Position numbers and translations under genes: made by a program. Shown here piece after piece: positions 1 to 10,099 of a stretch of 64,000 nt of DNA. The stretch spans positions 40,888 through 104,887 of the forward strand of contig CALUMT010000020.1 of NCBI GenBank assembly GCA_944321845.1, given 5' to 3'. The stretch's first letter is position 1; each line of letters starts with the position of its first letter. The stretch is from an uncultured Butyricimonas sp. Its GTDB lineage: Bacteria; Bacteroidota; Bacteroidia; Bacteroidales; Marinifilaceae. Below the pieces are notes generated by a model. It was not told the DNA's origin and made no database searches. It saw only the letters and a list, made by a program, of their open reading frames with translations.

Positions 1-1
1 A

Positions 2-589
2 ACGTATGCCCGGAGGGTATCGCTCCCGAAAACGGGAAAGGCGGAACGAGCAAATGAACGGAGCGAGAAACAGCGGTTATCCTCGAACCGCTTCAAGACC
101 CTCCAGGTGCTGTACAGCCTCTACAAGGCAAACGTGTCCCCGGATATCTGGAGACAAGCAGCAAAGGAAGAAGGGAAAATGTCATCCAACCTGTTTCACT
201 CCCGGAATTACAGGTGTTTCGACGGGGATGGCAGGTTGATACACCCGGAATCCTTCTGTTTTTCGGCAGGACGCCTGCTGCTTCCTCCCGGCATACAAAC
301 GGAAGCGGGGAGCGACGGAATATTCCGGGTTAGCTGGGGAAAGGGGGAAGAATGGACGACGGCTGCATCCTCGGACCGCCTGCAAATCGGGGTATTCGTC
401 ATCGATGCGCACCCGCATTTTGAACGGGTCAGCGCAATCCGGGGCACCCGGAGTGAGGGGCAAGGAGAATTCCAGCTATTGCCCCGGGAAGGAGCTGAAC
501 TTCATCTCTATCTATACTTCAGCCGGGAAGACGGGCAAGCGCATAGTCCTTCCCACTATATCGGACGCATTGAGGCGACCCAGAATTAA
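2..589 (+). CDS. C-terminal part of a conserved hypothetical protein (resembles the Bacteroidota DUF6266 family); the 5' end lies upstream of the window
   Basis: Frame 2 is open from base 2 to the stop at 587-589; the track ORF 107-589 is the in-frame tail. The family assignment rests only on my recollection of DUF6266-like C-terminal patterns (FS.G.L..P ... V.W ... YLYF.SEDG). It has not been checked by search. Confidence 0.5.
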   Translation, partial: TYARRVSLPKTGKAERANERSEKQRLSSNRFKTLQVLYSLYKANVSPDIWRQAAKEEGKMSSNLFHSRNYRCFDGDGRLIHPESFCFSAGRLLLPPGIQTEAGSDGIFRVSWGKGEEWTTAASSDRLQIGVFVIDAHPHFERVSAIRGTRSEGQGEFQLLPREGAELHLYLYFSREDGQAHSPSHYIGRIEATQN

Positions 590-813
590 TATCGTGTTTC
601 CCCGTTGTCCCGGCACGAACCCAGCGCGTTTAGGGTACGCTTACGGGACACAGCCCATTTACCTCCTTTACACGGCCGCTCCCGATTCGATTGATGGATT
701 GGGCGTGAACTGGCCGTGATGGGTCCGTGAAAGGAGGTTATTGCCTGTCCGTTCCCCAGCCGCCCCGAAAAAAGAGGGGGCAAATATTCCGCGAAGCCTC
801 TACCAACCGCAGG

Positions 814-852
814 GATAAAACGAGAGCGGCCCAAAAAGATTGAGTCGCTCTC
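814..852 (-). terminator. Candidate intrinsic terminator downstream of the M64 peptidase gene
   Basis: Stem GAGAGCG (822-828) pairs with CGCTCTC (846-852). On the minus strand it is followed by GTTTTAT. It lies 49 nt past the stop at 901. Confidence 0.35.
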
Positions 853-900
853 CCCATACAATACGCTCGCTCCCGGGATAAAAACATCCCGACAGAATGA

Positions 901-2178
901 TTATTTCGTGTAAAAGTCGATTTGACGGTTGATGGCCCGGACGCAGACGGGGCAGAACAGGTCGCCTCGCAGGGTACGCATCAGGCAGTCCGGCCATGCC
1001 CGGTAAACACCCTTCGTGCGGTAGCCACCACCCTCGTAGGCACCGATGGTTTTGGAATTCGGGTCCTTTAACGGGGTCGGGACCGGGGTTCCGGGGTCAA
1101 TCATGTCTTTCCATTTCTTCTCGAAATGCACGAGGGTCGTGATGTTCGGTTCCCAAGGTTCCACGTTGGTGGGATACATGTCGTTGTAGGATACATCCCC
1201 CTCGTACTCATCACCGATTCCGGCAAAGAGGTGGCAGAACTCGTGCACGTAGACTTTGGCCGCCTGTATATTGCCGGAGACGCTGATCCCGTAATGGTTG
1301 TAGATGGCTCCACCCCCGTATTTCTGCGTGTTGGCAATGATGTAGATGTAATCGTAGGGAACATTGGCAGCCACGTCGTGCATGCTCTTGTTGTCGAAAG
1401 TCATCAGGTAACGTTCCGAGTCGAGCGTGTAGAAGGAGGTATTAAGCACGGTTGTTTTCCAGGCATTCTCGGCCGGGATGTCCACCCCGGACTCCCGGGA
1501 AGGAGCGAGGACAGCCCGCACGTTGAAGGCCGACTTGCGTTCCTTGTAGGGAGAGAAGGAGAACAGCCCCTCCACGAAACGCTGGCAATCGATTTTAAAC
1601 TGCTCCATCTCATCGGCCGTGTACCCGTCCGGGATAAGGACAATATCCACCTTCTTGGCCGGATCGCCCGAGTAAAGTACCTCGTAGGTCGGGTAGGCGG
1701 AACGCCGGTCCTTCTTGATAAAGTAGCTGTCCATGTCGACCGTGTACTCGAATTTCTTGTTGAACTTACCTTTCTTGTCCCGGGCCGTGATTTCTATTCT
1801 CACGTCCTGCTTGGGGTATGGCATAACGGCGCTCTCGATACAACCACGACGGGTCTTAGTCGCCTCGATGGTGGTCTGCCATTCCCAGAAGAGGGTGGAG
1901 AATCCACGGGAATAGATCAGTTTGTTGCTGGCCACGTCGTACACGTTCAGGTAGTAGTTCCCGTAATACATGGTGTCGATCAGGTTGGTTTTTGAACCGC
2001 CCCAATAGGGTTCCTCCAGCAGTTCATCGAAATAGAATTCTTCGCTTTTACTGTCGCCGCAATGGTAGTAATCCATGCGGAGCGTCTTGTTCTCGAAGTA
2101 TTTGTTGAATTGGGCCCAAGTCAGTTGGGCGGGTAACAGGAGGGCAAGACACGCCCAAAGTTTCAGCTGGTGTTTCAT
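901..2178 (-). CDS. M64-family (IgA-peptidase-like) zinc metallopeptidase, secreted
   Basis: 425 aa with an ATG start and an N-terminal signal peptide (MKHQLKLWACLALLLPAQLTWAQ). It carries the HEFCHLFAGIGDEYE zinc motif typical of peptidase M64. It starts 19 nt downstream of murF-alr on the same strand. Confidence 0.8.
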   Translation of the reverse strand: MKHQLKLWACLALLLPAQLTWAQFNKYFENKTLRMDYYHCGDSKSEEFYFDELLEEPYWGGSKTNLIDTMYYGNYYLNVYDVASNKLIYSRGFSTLFWEWQTTIEATKTRRGCIESAVMPYPKQDVRIEITARDKKGKFNKKFEYTVDMDSYFIKKDRRSAYPTYEVLYSGDPAKKVDIVLIPDGYTADEMEQFKIDCQRFVEGLFSFSPYKERKSAFNVRAVLAPSRESGVDIPAENAWKTTVLNTSFYTLDSERYLMTFDNKSMHDVAANVPYDYIYIIANTQKYGGGAIYNHYGISVSGNIQAAKVYVHEFCHLFAGIGDEYEGDVSYNDMYPTNVEPWEPNITTLVHFEKKWKDMIDPGTPVPTPLKDPNSKTIGAYEGGGYRTKGVYRAWPDCLMRTLRGDLFCPVCVRAINRQIDFYTK

Positions 2179-2197
2179 ATCAATTGGTTTTTCGTGT

Positions 2198-4630
2198 TTA
2201 TTCCTTGTAATAGATTCGTTTCACGCGCTGGGATACCCCCGTGAGGACCTCGTAGGGGATAGTTCCCAGCTTGTCGGCCACCTCGGTAACAAGTATATGT
2301 TTCCCGAATATCTCCACCTCATCCCCGATTTGGGCATTCGTACCCGTGATGTCAATCATGCAGGTATCCATGCATATATTCCCGATGATGGGAACCCGTT
2401 GTCCCCTGACGTAGACCTCTCCCACCCGGTTGCTCAAATGGCGGTTGAGCCCGTCGGCATATCCCACGGGAATAACGGCAATACGGGAAGGACGTTCCGT
2501 GTAGCTTTTACGCCCGTAACCGATAGAAACCCCGGCGGGAACATCGCGGACGGACATGATGTGGGTCTTGAACGTACTTACCGGACGAAGGCGGGCATTC
2601 GCGGCACTGATACCGTGCAGACCGATACCCAGGCGCACCATGTCGAAATGGTATTGCGGGAAACGCTCGATACCGGCAGAATTCAATATATGCCGCCAGA
2701 TTTTATAGTCGAAGTTCGCTTGAATCTGGGCCGTCATACGCTCGAAGAGATGGATTTGCTCCAGCGTGAATTCATCGTGAACAGCCTCGTCACTTCCCGC
2801 CAGGTGGGAAAACATGGAACGGATGTACACGGAACGCTCGCCGGAACGGAAGAAGTCCAACAGGGCGGGTATATCCTGCTCGTCAAAACCGGAACGATTC
2901 ATCCCCGTGTTGAGTTTTATATGAACGGGGAATTGCTTGATACCGTGCTTGTCCAGGGCCTTGTTGAAATCCTGCAGGATATCCAACGAATAGATTTCCG
3001 GTTCGAGATTAAACGTGATCATGTTGTCGAAGGCTTCCCGCTCGGGATTCATCACGGCAATAGGGGTACTGATCCCGGCAGCCCGCAATTCGATGCCTTC
3101 ATCGGCAAAGGCCACCATGAGATAGTCAACCCCGACATACTGGAGGAGCGAAGCGATTTCCTTGGAACCGCTACCGTAGGAGAAGGCCTTGACCATAACG
3201 GCCAGGTGGGCGTTCGTCAGGGAGCGGAAATGATTCAGGTTATGTATAATGGCATCCAAATCCACCTCCAGGATGGTATTATGCGATTTCTTTTGCAGGA
3301 AACCGGCAATGTATTCCAACTGGAATGCCCGGGCTCCCTTGATCAGGATAACCTGGTTCAGGAACCGCCCCCGCTCCTCCTGACGCAAGAATTGTTCTGT
3401 ATCCCGGTAGAAACGGGAATTGGCCGGGAAATAGTGCCGATAATCGCGAAGTTTCTCCCCAATACCGATAAACAAGTCCACGTCGGCCTGCTTCAACATC
3501 TCGGCAATACGGGGATAGAGCTTGGAATTCGCCTTGCCCGTATCCACGAAGTCGGAAAGGATAACGGTCCTTTTCCGGGAAATATCCTGCATGGTCAGCA
3601 TGTTCAACGCCACCTGGAAGGAATCCGGGTCCGAGTTATAGAAATCGTTCACGAGGAGGCAATTATTGACCCCTTCTTTTATCTCCAGGCGCATGGCGAT
3701 AGCGGACAGGCGGGCAACCCGCTGGGTGATAACTTCCGGGGAAATACCTTTCAACAGCAGGTAAGCTACCGCGTTCATGCTATTTTCCAGGGAAGCCTCA
3801 TCGGCAGAAGGAATGCAGAGCGGGAATTCCTGTTCATGGTATCGGATTTCGAGCCGTCTTTCCTGTTGCGTAATCTTGATTGTCTTCACCAGGATCTCGT
3901 TCAGCGGAGAATATCCCCAGGAGAGGATATGGGCGTTCGGGTTTTGCTGTTTAATCAAATCCAAAGCGTCTCCTTCCTGACCGATAATATACCGGCAGGA
4001 CTGGAACAATTGGGCCTTTTCGGTGATTTTGGCTTGGGTCGATACAAAATTCTCATCATGGGCCTTACCCGCGTGCGTAAAGATCCCGATAGTGGGTTGA
4101 ATCATTTTTTGCAAACGGGCCATTTCCCCCGGCCGCGAGATTCCGGCCTCGATAATGGCGATTTCGGCCTTATCATCAATCCCGAGCAGGGAAAGGGGAA
4201 CACCCACCTGGGAATTGTAGCTGCGCGGACTGCGATAAACGGCATAATCATCAGCGAGCAACTGGTACAGCCACTCTTTCGTGATGGTTTTCCCGTTACT
4301 CCCCGTGATGCCGACAATTTCCGCAGAGACCTGTTGACGGTGGTAGGCGGCAAGCGTCTGCAACGCCTTAAGCACGTTGATTACCGTGATGAAATTGGCT
4401 TCTTTCAAACGGTCGAATTCCGGTAGCCAGTCACTGATGACAAAGGCCCGAACCCCCTCCTCGTACAAGTCGGAGATGTAATTGTGCCCGTCATGGTTTT
4501 TCCCTTTTAAAGCAAAAAACAATGTCCGCTCGGGAGTGATGACCGAACGGCTGTCAATACTGTATTCCTTGATGTCGACAGGGCATCCTTTCCTTAATTT
4601 GCCCCGTATGACGCTAATGATTTCTTCCAT
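2198..4630 (-). CDS. murF/alr: Bifunctional UDP-N-acetylmuramoyl-tripeptide:D-Ala-D-Ala ligase (MurF) / alanine racemase (Alr)
   Basis: The N-terminal half is Mur-ligase-like (GITGSNGKTITKEW). The C-terminal half is alanine racemase-like (AVMVKAFSYGSG, YGR...VIPVGYADG). The track start at 4648 is TTG; the first ATG (MEEIISV) is at 4630. Confidence 0.85.
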   Translation of the reverse strand: MEEIISVIRGKLRKGCPVDIKEYSIDSRSVITPERTLFFALKGKNHDGHNYISDLYEEGVRAFVISDWLPEFDRLKEANFITVINVLKALQTLAAYHRQQVSAEIVGITGSNGKTITKEWLYQLLADDYAVYRSPRSYNSQVGVPLSLLGIDDKAEIAIIEAGISRPGEMARLQKMIQPTIGIFTHAGKAHDENFVSTQAKITEKAQLFQSCRYIIGQEGDALDLIKQQNPNAHILSWGYSPLNEILVKTIKITQQERRLEIRYHEQEFPLCIPSADEASLENSMNAVAYLLLKGISPEVITQRVARLSAIAMRLEIKEGVNNCLLVNDFYNSDPDSFQVALNMLTMQDISRKRTVILSDFVDTGKANSKLYPRIAEMLKQADVDLFIGIGEKLRDYRHYFPANSRFYRDTEQFLRQEERGRFLNQVILIKGARAFQLEYIAGFLQKKSHNTILEVDLDAIIHNLNHFRSLTNAHLAVMVKAFSYGSGSKEIASLLQYVGVDYLMVAFADEGIELRAAGISTPIAVMNPEREAFDNMITFNLEPEIYSLDILQDFNKALDKHGIKQFPVHIKLNTGMNRSGFDEQDIPALLDFFRSGERSVYIRSMFSHLAGSDEAVHDEFTLEQIHLFERMTAQIQANFDYKIWRHILNSAGIERFPQYHFDMVRLGIGLHGISAANARLRPVSTFKTHIMSVRDVPAGVSIGYGRKSYTERPSRIAVIPVGYADGLNRHLSNRVGEVYVRGQRVPIIGNICMDTCMIDITGTNAQIGDEVEIFGKHILVTEVADKLGTIPYEVLTGVSQRVKRIYYKE

Positions 4631-4894
4631 GTCTATAAATTTATTCAACAGGCAAAACTATAACAAATTCAGCCTGATTGTTCGATGTATCAAAAGATGC
4701 GTTCCAATGTATGATCCAATAACAGGACCATACTGATTAAGTATTGGTTAGTTACAATCTGTCATTCAAAAATAGTGATCGTTTCATGATTTTAATATTA
4801 AAAAATCTGCCGGATGACAAATTTATAATATTCAAAGATTGGATGAGTGATATACTGCAAATTTATTTTACGCGTACCGACAAGCAGAGACTAT

Positions 4895-6349
4895 TCACAA
4901 CAACGGGGCAAAGAGACGGGCTAAGGATTCCCGGATACGGTCTCGTTTGGGACGGAATTTCCAGTCGCTGAGGTGGATTTCCGTACTCTGCTGCAAATCC
5001 TCCAGGAAGAAAGTGGCAAGTTTCCGGCTCACGTTACGGTCGTAAAGAATGAGATTGATCTCGAAATTCTGCTCGAAACTACGCATATCCATGTTGGCCG
5101 TACCCACGGTGGAAACCAATCCATCCACGATAATGAGCTTACTGTGGTTAAACCCTTTACGATACTGAAAAACACGGACTCCCGCCTCCAGGAGCTCTTC
5201 CACGTAGGAACGGGTACACCAACTCGTCAGGGGGGAATCGGATTTGTAAGGAATCATAATCCGCACATCCACCCCACTCATGGCTGCCGTTTTCAGCGAA
5301 TTGATGGTCGTCTCACCCGGCATAAAATAGGGCGTGGAAATAAACACGTATTTCCGGGCCATATTGATAAGGGTGAAATAGGCCTGCTGAATGGAAGTCC
5401 AATCGCTATCCGGACCGGAAGCCACGGTTTGGATGACCACATTACCGTCCACTTTTTTATCCGGAAGATACTCGGTTTTATTAAGCAACACCTCCTGACG
5501 CACGAAATACCAGTCGAACAGAAAGACCGTCTGCAGGGACGTCACCACTTCACCCCGCACCTTCAGGTGGGTATCCCGCCATATTCCGATACCCGGTAAG
5601 CCATTCAGGTAACGGTCCGCAAAATTCAATCCCCCGATAAAGCCGGTTTCCCCGTCCACAACCACGATCTTGCGGTGATTCCGGTAATTGACCTTATTGG
5701 TGAATAACGGGAAACGCACGGGCAGGAAGGGATATACCTGAATTCCCACGGCCCGCATCTCATGGATATAGGACTGAGGAAGTTTCCAGGAACCGACGTC
5801 ATCGTATATCACCCGAACTTCCACGCCTTCTTTGGCTTTCGCGATAAGCAATTCCTTCAGGCGTCGACCGAGTTCCCCGTCATCAATAATGTAGTATTCC
5901 ACATGAATATACTTCTTGGCGATCTCGATAGATTTGAATATGGCCCGGAATGTTTCCTCTCCATTGTTTAATATCTCCACGGAATTATAGCGGGACAACA
6001 AGGCCTTACTGTTGTTTAGCAGCAGAAGCATTAAACGGCGCACGGCTTCCATGTCTTCTTTCTTCAGGAATTCGGCCTTTTGGACCCGTTGTTTCTGGTC
6101 CTCGCTCATGTATTGCAGCCATTTCACGTCGCCCAAACCTTTCATGGAGAACATTTTCACTTTCCGGTAATTCATCCCGAAATATATATAGAGCAACAAC
6201 CCGACGACAGGGAGCAGCAGGAGAACAAGCAGCCAGGCTAAGGTTCTGACAGGATTCCTGTTTTCCAAGAGTATACGGAAAATGGTCACGGCAATTACGA
6301 TAACGTAGAGGATGCCCATTCCATGTATGATTATTCTTTCCCAATCCAT
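4895..6349 (-). CDS. cls: Cardiolipin synthase (phospholipase D family)
   Basis: Two HxK(x)4D motifs (NHRKIVVVDG and NHSKLIIVDG) and two N-terminal TM helices. The track start at 6373 is TTG; the ATG (MDWERIII) is at 6349. Confidence 0.85.
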   Translation of the reverse strand: MDWERIIIHGMGILYVIVIAVTIFRILLENRNPVRTLAWLLVLLLLPVVGLLLYIYFGMNYRKVKMFSMKGLGDVKWLQYMSEDQKQRVQKAEFLKKEDMEAVRRLMLLLLNNSKALLSRYNSVEILNNGEETFRAIFKSIEIAKKYIHVEYYIIDDGELGRRLKELLIAKAKEGVEVRVIYDDVGSWKLPQSYIHEMRAVGIQVYPFLPVRFPLFTNKVNYRNHRKIVVVDGETGFIGGLNFADRYLNGLPGIGIWRDTHLKVRGEVVTSLQTVFLFDWYFVRQEVLLNKTEYLPDKKVDGNVVIQTVASGPDSDWTSIQQAYFTLINMARKYVFISTPYFMPGETTINSLKTAAMSGVDVRIMIPYKSDSPLTSWCTRSYVEELLEAGVRVFQYRKGFNHSKLIIVDGLVSTVGTANMDMRSFEQNFEINLILYDRNVSRKLATFFLEDLQQSTEIHLSDWKFRPKRDRIRESLARLFAPLL

Positions 6350-6393
6350 GCGTTTGTCTTTTATATGCGCCAATTAAAACTTATCTTTGCTAC

Positions 6394-7248
6394 ATGAATA
6401 CGATGTTCCAGTTGCAACGATATGCTTTGCAAACATTAAAAGCTATTTATGACGAGAACGAGATACGGGCCTTATGCACGTTAATCTTTTCCCGTGTGTT
6501 TCATTATACAAATATACAAATTCATTTGGAGAAACATACCATTCTCGAGGAAAGCCTCGTGAATACTTTTCTCCGAGTGCTGCAACGCCTGCAGGAAGGG
6601 GAACCGCTCCAGTATATTTTAGGGGAAACGGAATTCGCCGGACTGGTTTTTCATTTAAACCGGGACACGCTGATTCCCCGTCCCGAAACCGAGGAACTGG
6701 TGATGTGGATTGTAGAGGAGGACTTACCGGCAGGGGCTCGTTTCCTGGACATCGGAACCGGAAGTGGCTGTATCGCCGTGGCTGTGGGTGCTGCCGTGAA
6801 GGATGTTCTGATTCTGGGGGTGGACGTATCTCCTTCAGCTGTAGAACAGGCCACGGAGAATGCCCGATTGAATGGTGTCCATGCTGATTTTGAAGTCCGG
6901 GACATTCTGCACCCGGAACAGTGGAAATGGGGGACATTCGATGTCATTGCCAGTAATCCTCCCTACGTACGGGAATCCGAGAAAGCCCTCATGGAAGATC
7001 GGGTATTGAAGCATGAACCCGCACGGGCTTTATTCGTACCGGATTCCGACCCGCTATTGTTTTACCGGGAGATTGCCCGTTTCGGCCTATCCCACTTATC
7101 CCCCGGGGGACGACTCTTTTTTGAGATCAACGAGGCCTTGGGAATCGAAACCGTGAGCCTCTTGGAAGGGATGGGATATAAAGACGTTAAATTACGGGCA
7201 GATATTTTCGACAAACCCCGCATGGTAAGAGGACGACTAAAATCTTAA
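6394..7248 (+). CDS. prmC: Peptide chain release factor N5-glutamine methyltransferase
   Basis: 284 aa with the SAM-binding motif LDIGTGSGCIAV and the catalytic NPPY motif (SNPPYV). A TATCTTTG -7-like box at 6382-6389 sits only 5 nt before the ATG. The mRNA may therefore be leaderless, or the ATG at 6403 may be the real start. Confidence 0.85.
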   Translation: MNTMFQLQRYALQTLKAIYDENEIRALCTLIFSRVFHYTNIQIHLEKHTILEESLVNTFLRVLQRLQEGEPLQYILGETEFAGLVFHLNRDTLIPRPETEELVMWIVEEDLPAGARFLDIGTGSGCIAVAVGAAVKDVLILGVDVSPSAVEQATENARLNGVHADFEVRDILHPEQWKWGTFDVIASNPPYVRESEKALMEDRVLKHEPARALFVPDSDPLLFYREIARFGLSHLSPGGRLFFEINEALGIETVSLLEGMGYKDVKLRADIFDKPRMVRGRLKS

Positions 7249-7252
7249 TAGG

Positions 7253-7708
7253 ATGGATGCCAACAAAGCGTTGAATATAGTGGCTGCCCAGTGCAGCAAA
7301 AAGGAATATTGCTCTGCAGATGTATACCAAAAGCTTCTGCGGTGGGAATTGAATGAAAAAGAGGCAGCCACGATTATGGATTTTCTCGTGAAGAATCATT
7401 TCGTGGACGACGAGCGTTTCGCCGAGGCCTACGTTCTGGACAAGGCCCGCTTTAATCGCTGGGGACGCCTGAAAATCGCCCGGATGCTGCGCGTGAAACA
7501 AATACCCGATGCTATAGTAGAACGGGCACTGGCTCTTTTACCAGATGAGGAAACAGAAGAAACCTGCCTGTCATTACTTCGACAGAAGGCAAACGGGCTA
7601 AAAGAAAGTGATCCCTACAAACGGAAAGCCAAACTTTACCGCTTCGCGCTCGGCCGGGGATTCAGTCACGACACGATATCCCGCTGTCTCGCTAGCCTAG
7701 ATTACTAA
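7253..7708 (+). CDS. recX: RecX family regulatory protein
   Basis: 151 aa of helical-repeat protein with the typical RecX N-terminus (A...C.KKEYC..DV..KL....). It directly follows prmC. Confidence 0.65.
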   Translation: MDANKALNIVAAQCSKKEYCSADVYQKLLRWELNEKEAATIMDFLVKNHFVDDERFAEAYVLDKARFNRWGRLKIARMLRVKQIPDAIVERALALLPDEETEETCLSLLRQKANGLKESDPYKRKAKLYRFALGRGFSHDTISRCLASLDY

Positions 7709-8411
7709 CCCGTTCAAGGGCGTCCAGGTTGATAATCCTGATTTGCTTCCCGGGAAGTTCCACTATACCTTCCGTCGCAAAATTGGATAACGTCCGAATG
7801 GCATTCGACGTCGTCATGTTCGACAAATTAGCCAAATCTTCCCGAGACAGGTACACTTTCAGCGTCATATTATCATTCTCAAAACCATACGTGTCTTTCA
7901 ACACAAGCAACGCCTCAGCCAATCGCCCCCGGATATGTTTTTGCGTCAGAGTCACCGTACGACGGTTCGAGAAGCCCAAGTCCGTTGCCAAAGCACGGAT
8001 AACATTCATCGCCACGTCCGAATTACTACGCACGATACCGAAAATCAATTCCGTTTTCATGATACAGACAATGGAATCTTCCAGGGCCTCGGCGGAAGCG
8101 ATATGATTTTCCTCGGCAAAGAATGCCCGGTAACCGATAAAACCCACGGGTTTGGCCATTCGGACGATTTGCTCCCGACCGGCGATTCCCTTTTTTACGA
8201 TCTTGGCTTTTCCCGTAATAAGACAAATCAACCCGAAAGGTTTATTCCCTTCCTCGTAAATCAGGTCACCTTTCTTGTACATCTTACAGATACTCGTTTG
8301 CCGAAGGATGGTTTTGCTGCTCTCATCCAAATCGACAAAAAGGGAATTGGGACTGTCAATACAAATATTACAATACTTCTCGTGTAACTCTTTATCCTTG
8401 ATTGTTCTCAT
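7692..8411 (-). CDS. Crp/Fnr family transcriptional regulator
   Basis: 239 aa with an N-terminal cNMP-binding-like beta-roll (GDLIYEEGN...LITGKAKI) and a C-terminal HTH (SREDLANLSNMTTSNAIRTLS). Confidence 0.8.
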   Translation of the reverse strand: MRTIKDKELHEKYCNICIDSPNSLFVDLDESSKTILRQTSICKMYKKGDLIYEEGNKPFGLICLITGKAKIVKKGIAGREQIVRMAKPVGFIGYRAFFAEENHIASAEALEDSIVCIMKTELIFGIVRSNSDVAMNVIRALATDLGFSNRRTVTLTQKHIRGRLAEALLVLKDTYGFENDNMTLKVYLSREDLANLSNMTTSNAIRTLSNFATEGIVELPGKQIRIINLDALERVSNLG

Positions 8412-8420
8412 GCGTGTTTG

Positions 8421-9998
8421 TTATATTTGGTACGTTAATGGCATACGTCGACCATGCCCGAAAGCCTTCTTGCTCACTTTCAGGATAGGGGGGCATTGTG
8501 CCCGTTTGTATTCACAGCGGTTCACTAGCGTGAAAACCCGCTCGACGGTCTCAACCGGGAATCCCTGGGCTATAATTTCTTTCCGGGAACGGTTATCCTC
8601 AAGATACAATTTCAGAATCTTGTCAAGAGTCTCGTAATCGGGCAGACTATCCTGGTCCTTCTGACCTGGACGCAACTCTGCCGACGGGGCCTTGGTGATC
8701 GTGTTGACGGGGATAACCTCTTTCTCCCGGTTCAGATAACGGGCCAATTGATAAACTTCCGTCTTATACACGTCCCCCAACACGGAAAGCGACCCGCACA
8801 TATCCCCATACAGCGTCCCGTATCCCACGGCAGCCTCGCTTTTGTTCGATGTGTTCAACAGAATATGACCGAACTTATTGGAAATCGCCATGAGCAGCAC
8901 ACCCCTAACTCTGGCCTGCAGATTCTCTTCTGCCACGTTGAAAGGCAGATCTTTAAACATCGGATGAAGCGTGTTCAGGAAACTGTCATACATATCCTTT
9001 ATCGGGAACATCTCACTGTTGATTCCCAGATTCTTGACCAAATCTTCAGCGTCGGTCACGGAATGATCCGTGGAAAATTTCGACGGCATCAATATACCCA
9101 ATACATTGGAGGCGCCCAAGGCTTCCGCAGCCAATGCAGCAACCACCGCGGAATCAATTCCCCCGGACAAACCAAGGATTGCCTTCTTGAAATTATTCTT
9201 GTGAAAGAAATCCCGGATACCTCTTATCAGGGCATCATGAAGGACTGCTATATCCTGAGCATCGGCTACCTTATCAGGTATCGGTTTCAATTTTCGAGAG
9301 TCAACCACGGCAAAATCTTCTTCAAAGGCACTCAACTGAAGGCATAGTTCACCTTTCTCGTTAAAGACAAACGTATTTCCGTCAAACAGGAGCGAACCAT
9401 TAGCTCCCACGTGATTCAAGGAAATGACCGTTTTCCCGTGTTTCCGGGCAATATCGGCAAACGTATCATGTCGATACCGGATATTCTCCCGGGTGAACGG
9501 GGTAACTCCGACATGAATAATAATATCATCATTCTTCTGGATAGCATTGGCCTCATATTCATCGAAAAGCACCCTTATGCGTTGTTGCTGGTAAAACAAA
9601 GCATTGTTTTCCTCGTCCGCGATAAAATAACGACTCTCGTCCAATGTATCGTAATCACTTAAAATACACTTGTTCACCCCACCTCTCACTTCTCGTCCAT
9701 ACATGAAGAAAACAGCATTATACAGGATACCGTCCTCCAGATCCAGATTCGGGGCTCCCACGATAGCGGCAATCGTGTCGCATTGTGCGGCAATTTTCTC
9801 TATAGCCAACCGACAGTCGTTTACAAAATATTCTTTCTCCAGTAAATCCTGCGGATAGGCACCGCAAATGGCATGCTCGGGGAACACAACCAGATCCGCT
9901 TTTTGTGATTTGGCTTTTTGTATGGCAGCAATAATTGCTTCACAATTCCGGGAAATATTTCCCACGTAATAGTTAATTTGAGGTAATGCTATTTTCAT
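8421..9998 (-). CDS. nadE: Glutamine-dependent NAD+ synthetase
   Basis: 525 aa with an N-terminal CN-hydrolase-like domain and a C-terminal NAD synthetase domain carrying the SGGIDS PP-loop (LGLSGGIDSAVVA). Confidence 0.85.
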   Translation of the reverse strand: MKIALPQINYYVGNISRNCEAIIAAIQKAKSQKADLVVFPEHAICGAYPQDLLEKEYFVNDCRLAIEKIAAQCDTIAAIVGAPNLDLEDGILYNAVFFMYGREVRGGVNKCILSDYDTLDESRYFIADEENNALFYQQQRIRVLFDEYEANAIQKNDDIIIHVGVTPFTRENIRYRHDTFADIARKHGKTVISLNHVGANGSLLFDGNTFVFNEKGELCLQLSAFEEDFAVVDSRKLKPIPDKVADAQDIAVLHDALIRGIRDFFHKNNFKKAILGLSGGIDSAVVAALAAEALGASNVLGILMPSKFSTDHSVTDAEDLVKNLGINSEMFPIKDMYDSFLNTLHPMFKDLPFNVAEENLQARVRGVLLMAISNKFGHILLNTSNKSEAAVGYGTLYGDMCGSLSVLGDVYKTEVYQLARYLNREKEVIPVNTITKAPSAELRPGQKDQDSLPDYETLDKILKLYLEDNRSRKEIIAQGFPVETVERVFTLVNRCEYKRAQCPPILKVSKKAFGHGRRMPLTYQI

Positions 9999-10041
9999 AA
10001 GAAATATGCGTGTATTTTATTCGCTTGTTGTTTAATTGCCG

Positions 10042-10049
10042 CAAATTTA
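10042..10049 (-). promoter_or_regulatory. Bacteroides-type -7 box (TAAATTTG) for nadE
   Basis: The plus strand reads caaattta, which is TAAATTTG on the minus strand and matches TAnnTTTG. It lies about 44 nt upstream of the nadE ATG. Confidence 0.4.
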
Positions 10050-10099
10050 CGTATTTTGCGTGGGATTACGATACATGAATTTATCATTTTAGTTGCTTT

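Noticed and set aside
2075-4426. A 783-aa ORF on the plus strand, fully antisense to murF-alr. Similar long antisense ORFs occur at 1126-1995, 4973-5599, 23364-23954, 23982-24659 and 22252-22794.
   Set aside because: Each of the four I checked shares exact codon boundaries with the sense gene (for example, 2075 and 2198 are both 2 mod 3). They stay open simply because the high-GC3 sense genes avoid TTA, CTA and TCA codons. The translations are low-complexity (rich in G/R/H/V/L) with no motifs, whereas the sense-strand products carry clear family signatures. This is a codon-bias artefact, not evidence of overlapping genes.
2179-4630. The murF-alr fusion and its tight coupling to an M64 peptidase, considered as a novel fusion or operon.
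   Set aside because: As far as I recall, the MurF / alanine racemase fusion is the standard arrangement in Bacteroidota. The 19-nt spacing to the peptidase gene suggests co-transcription, but that alone does not indicate a new system.
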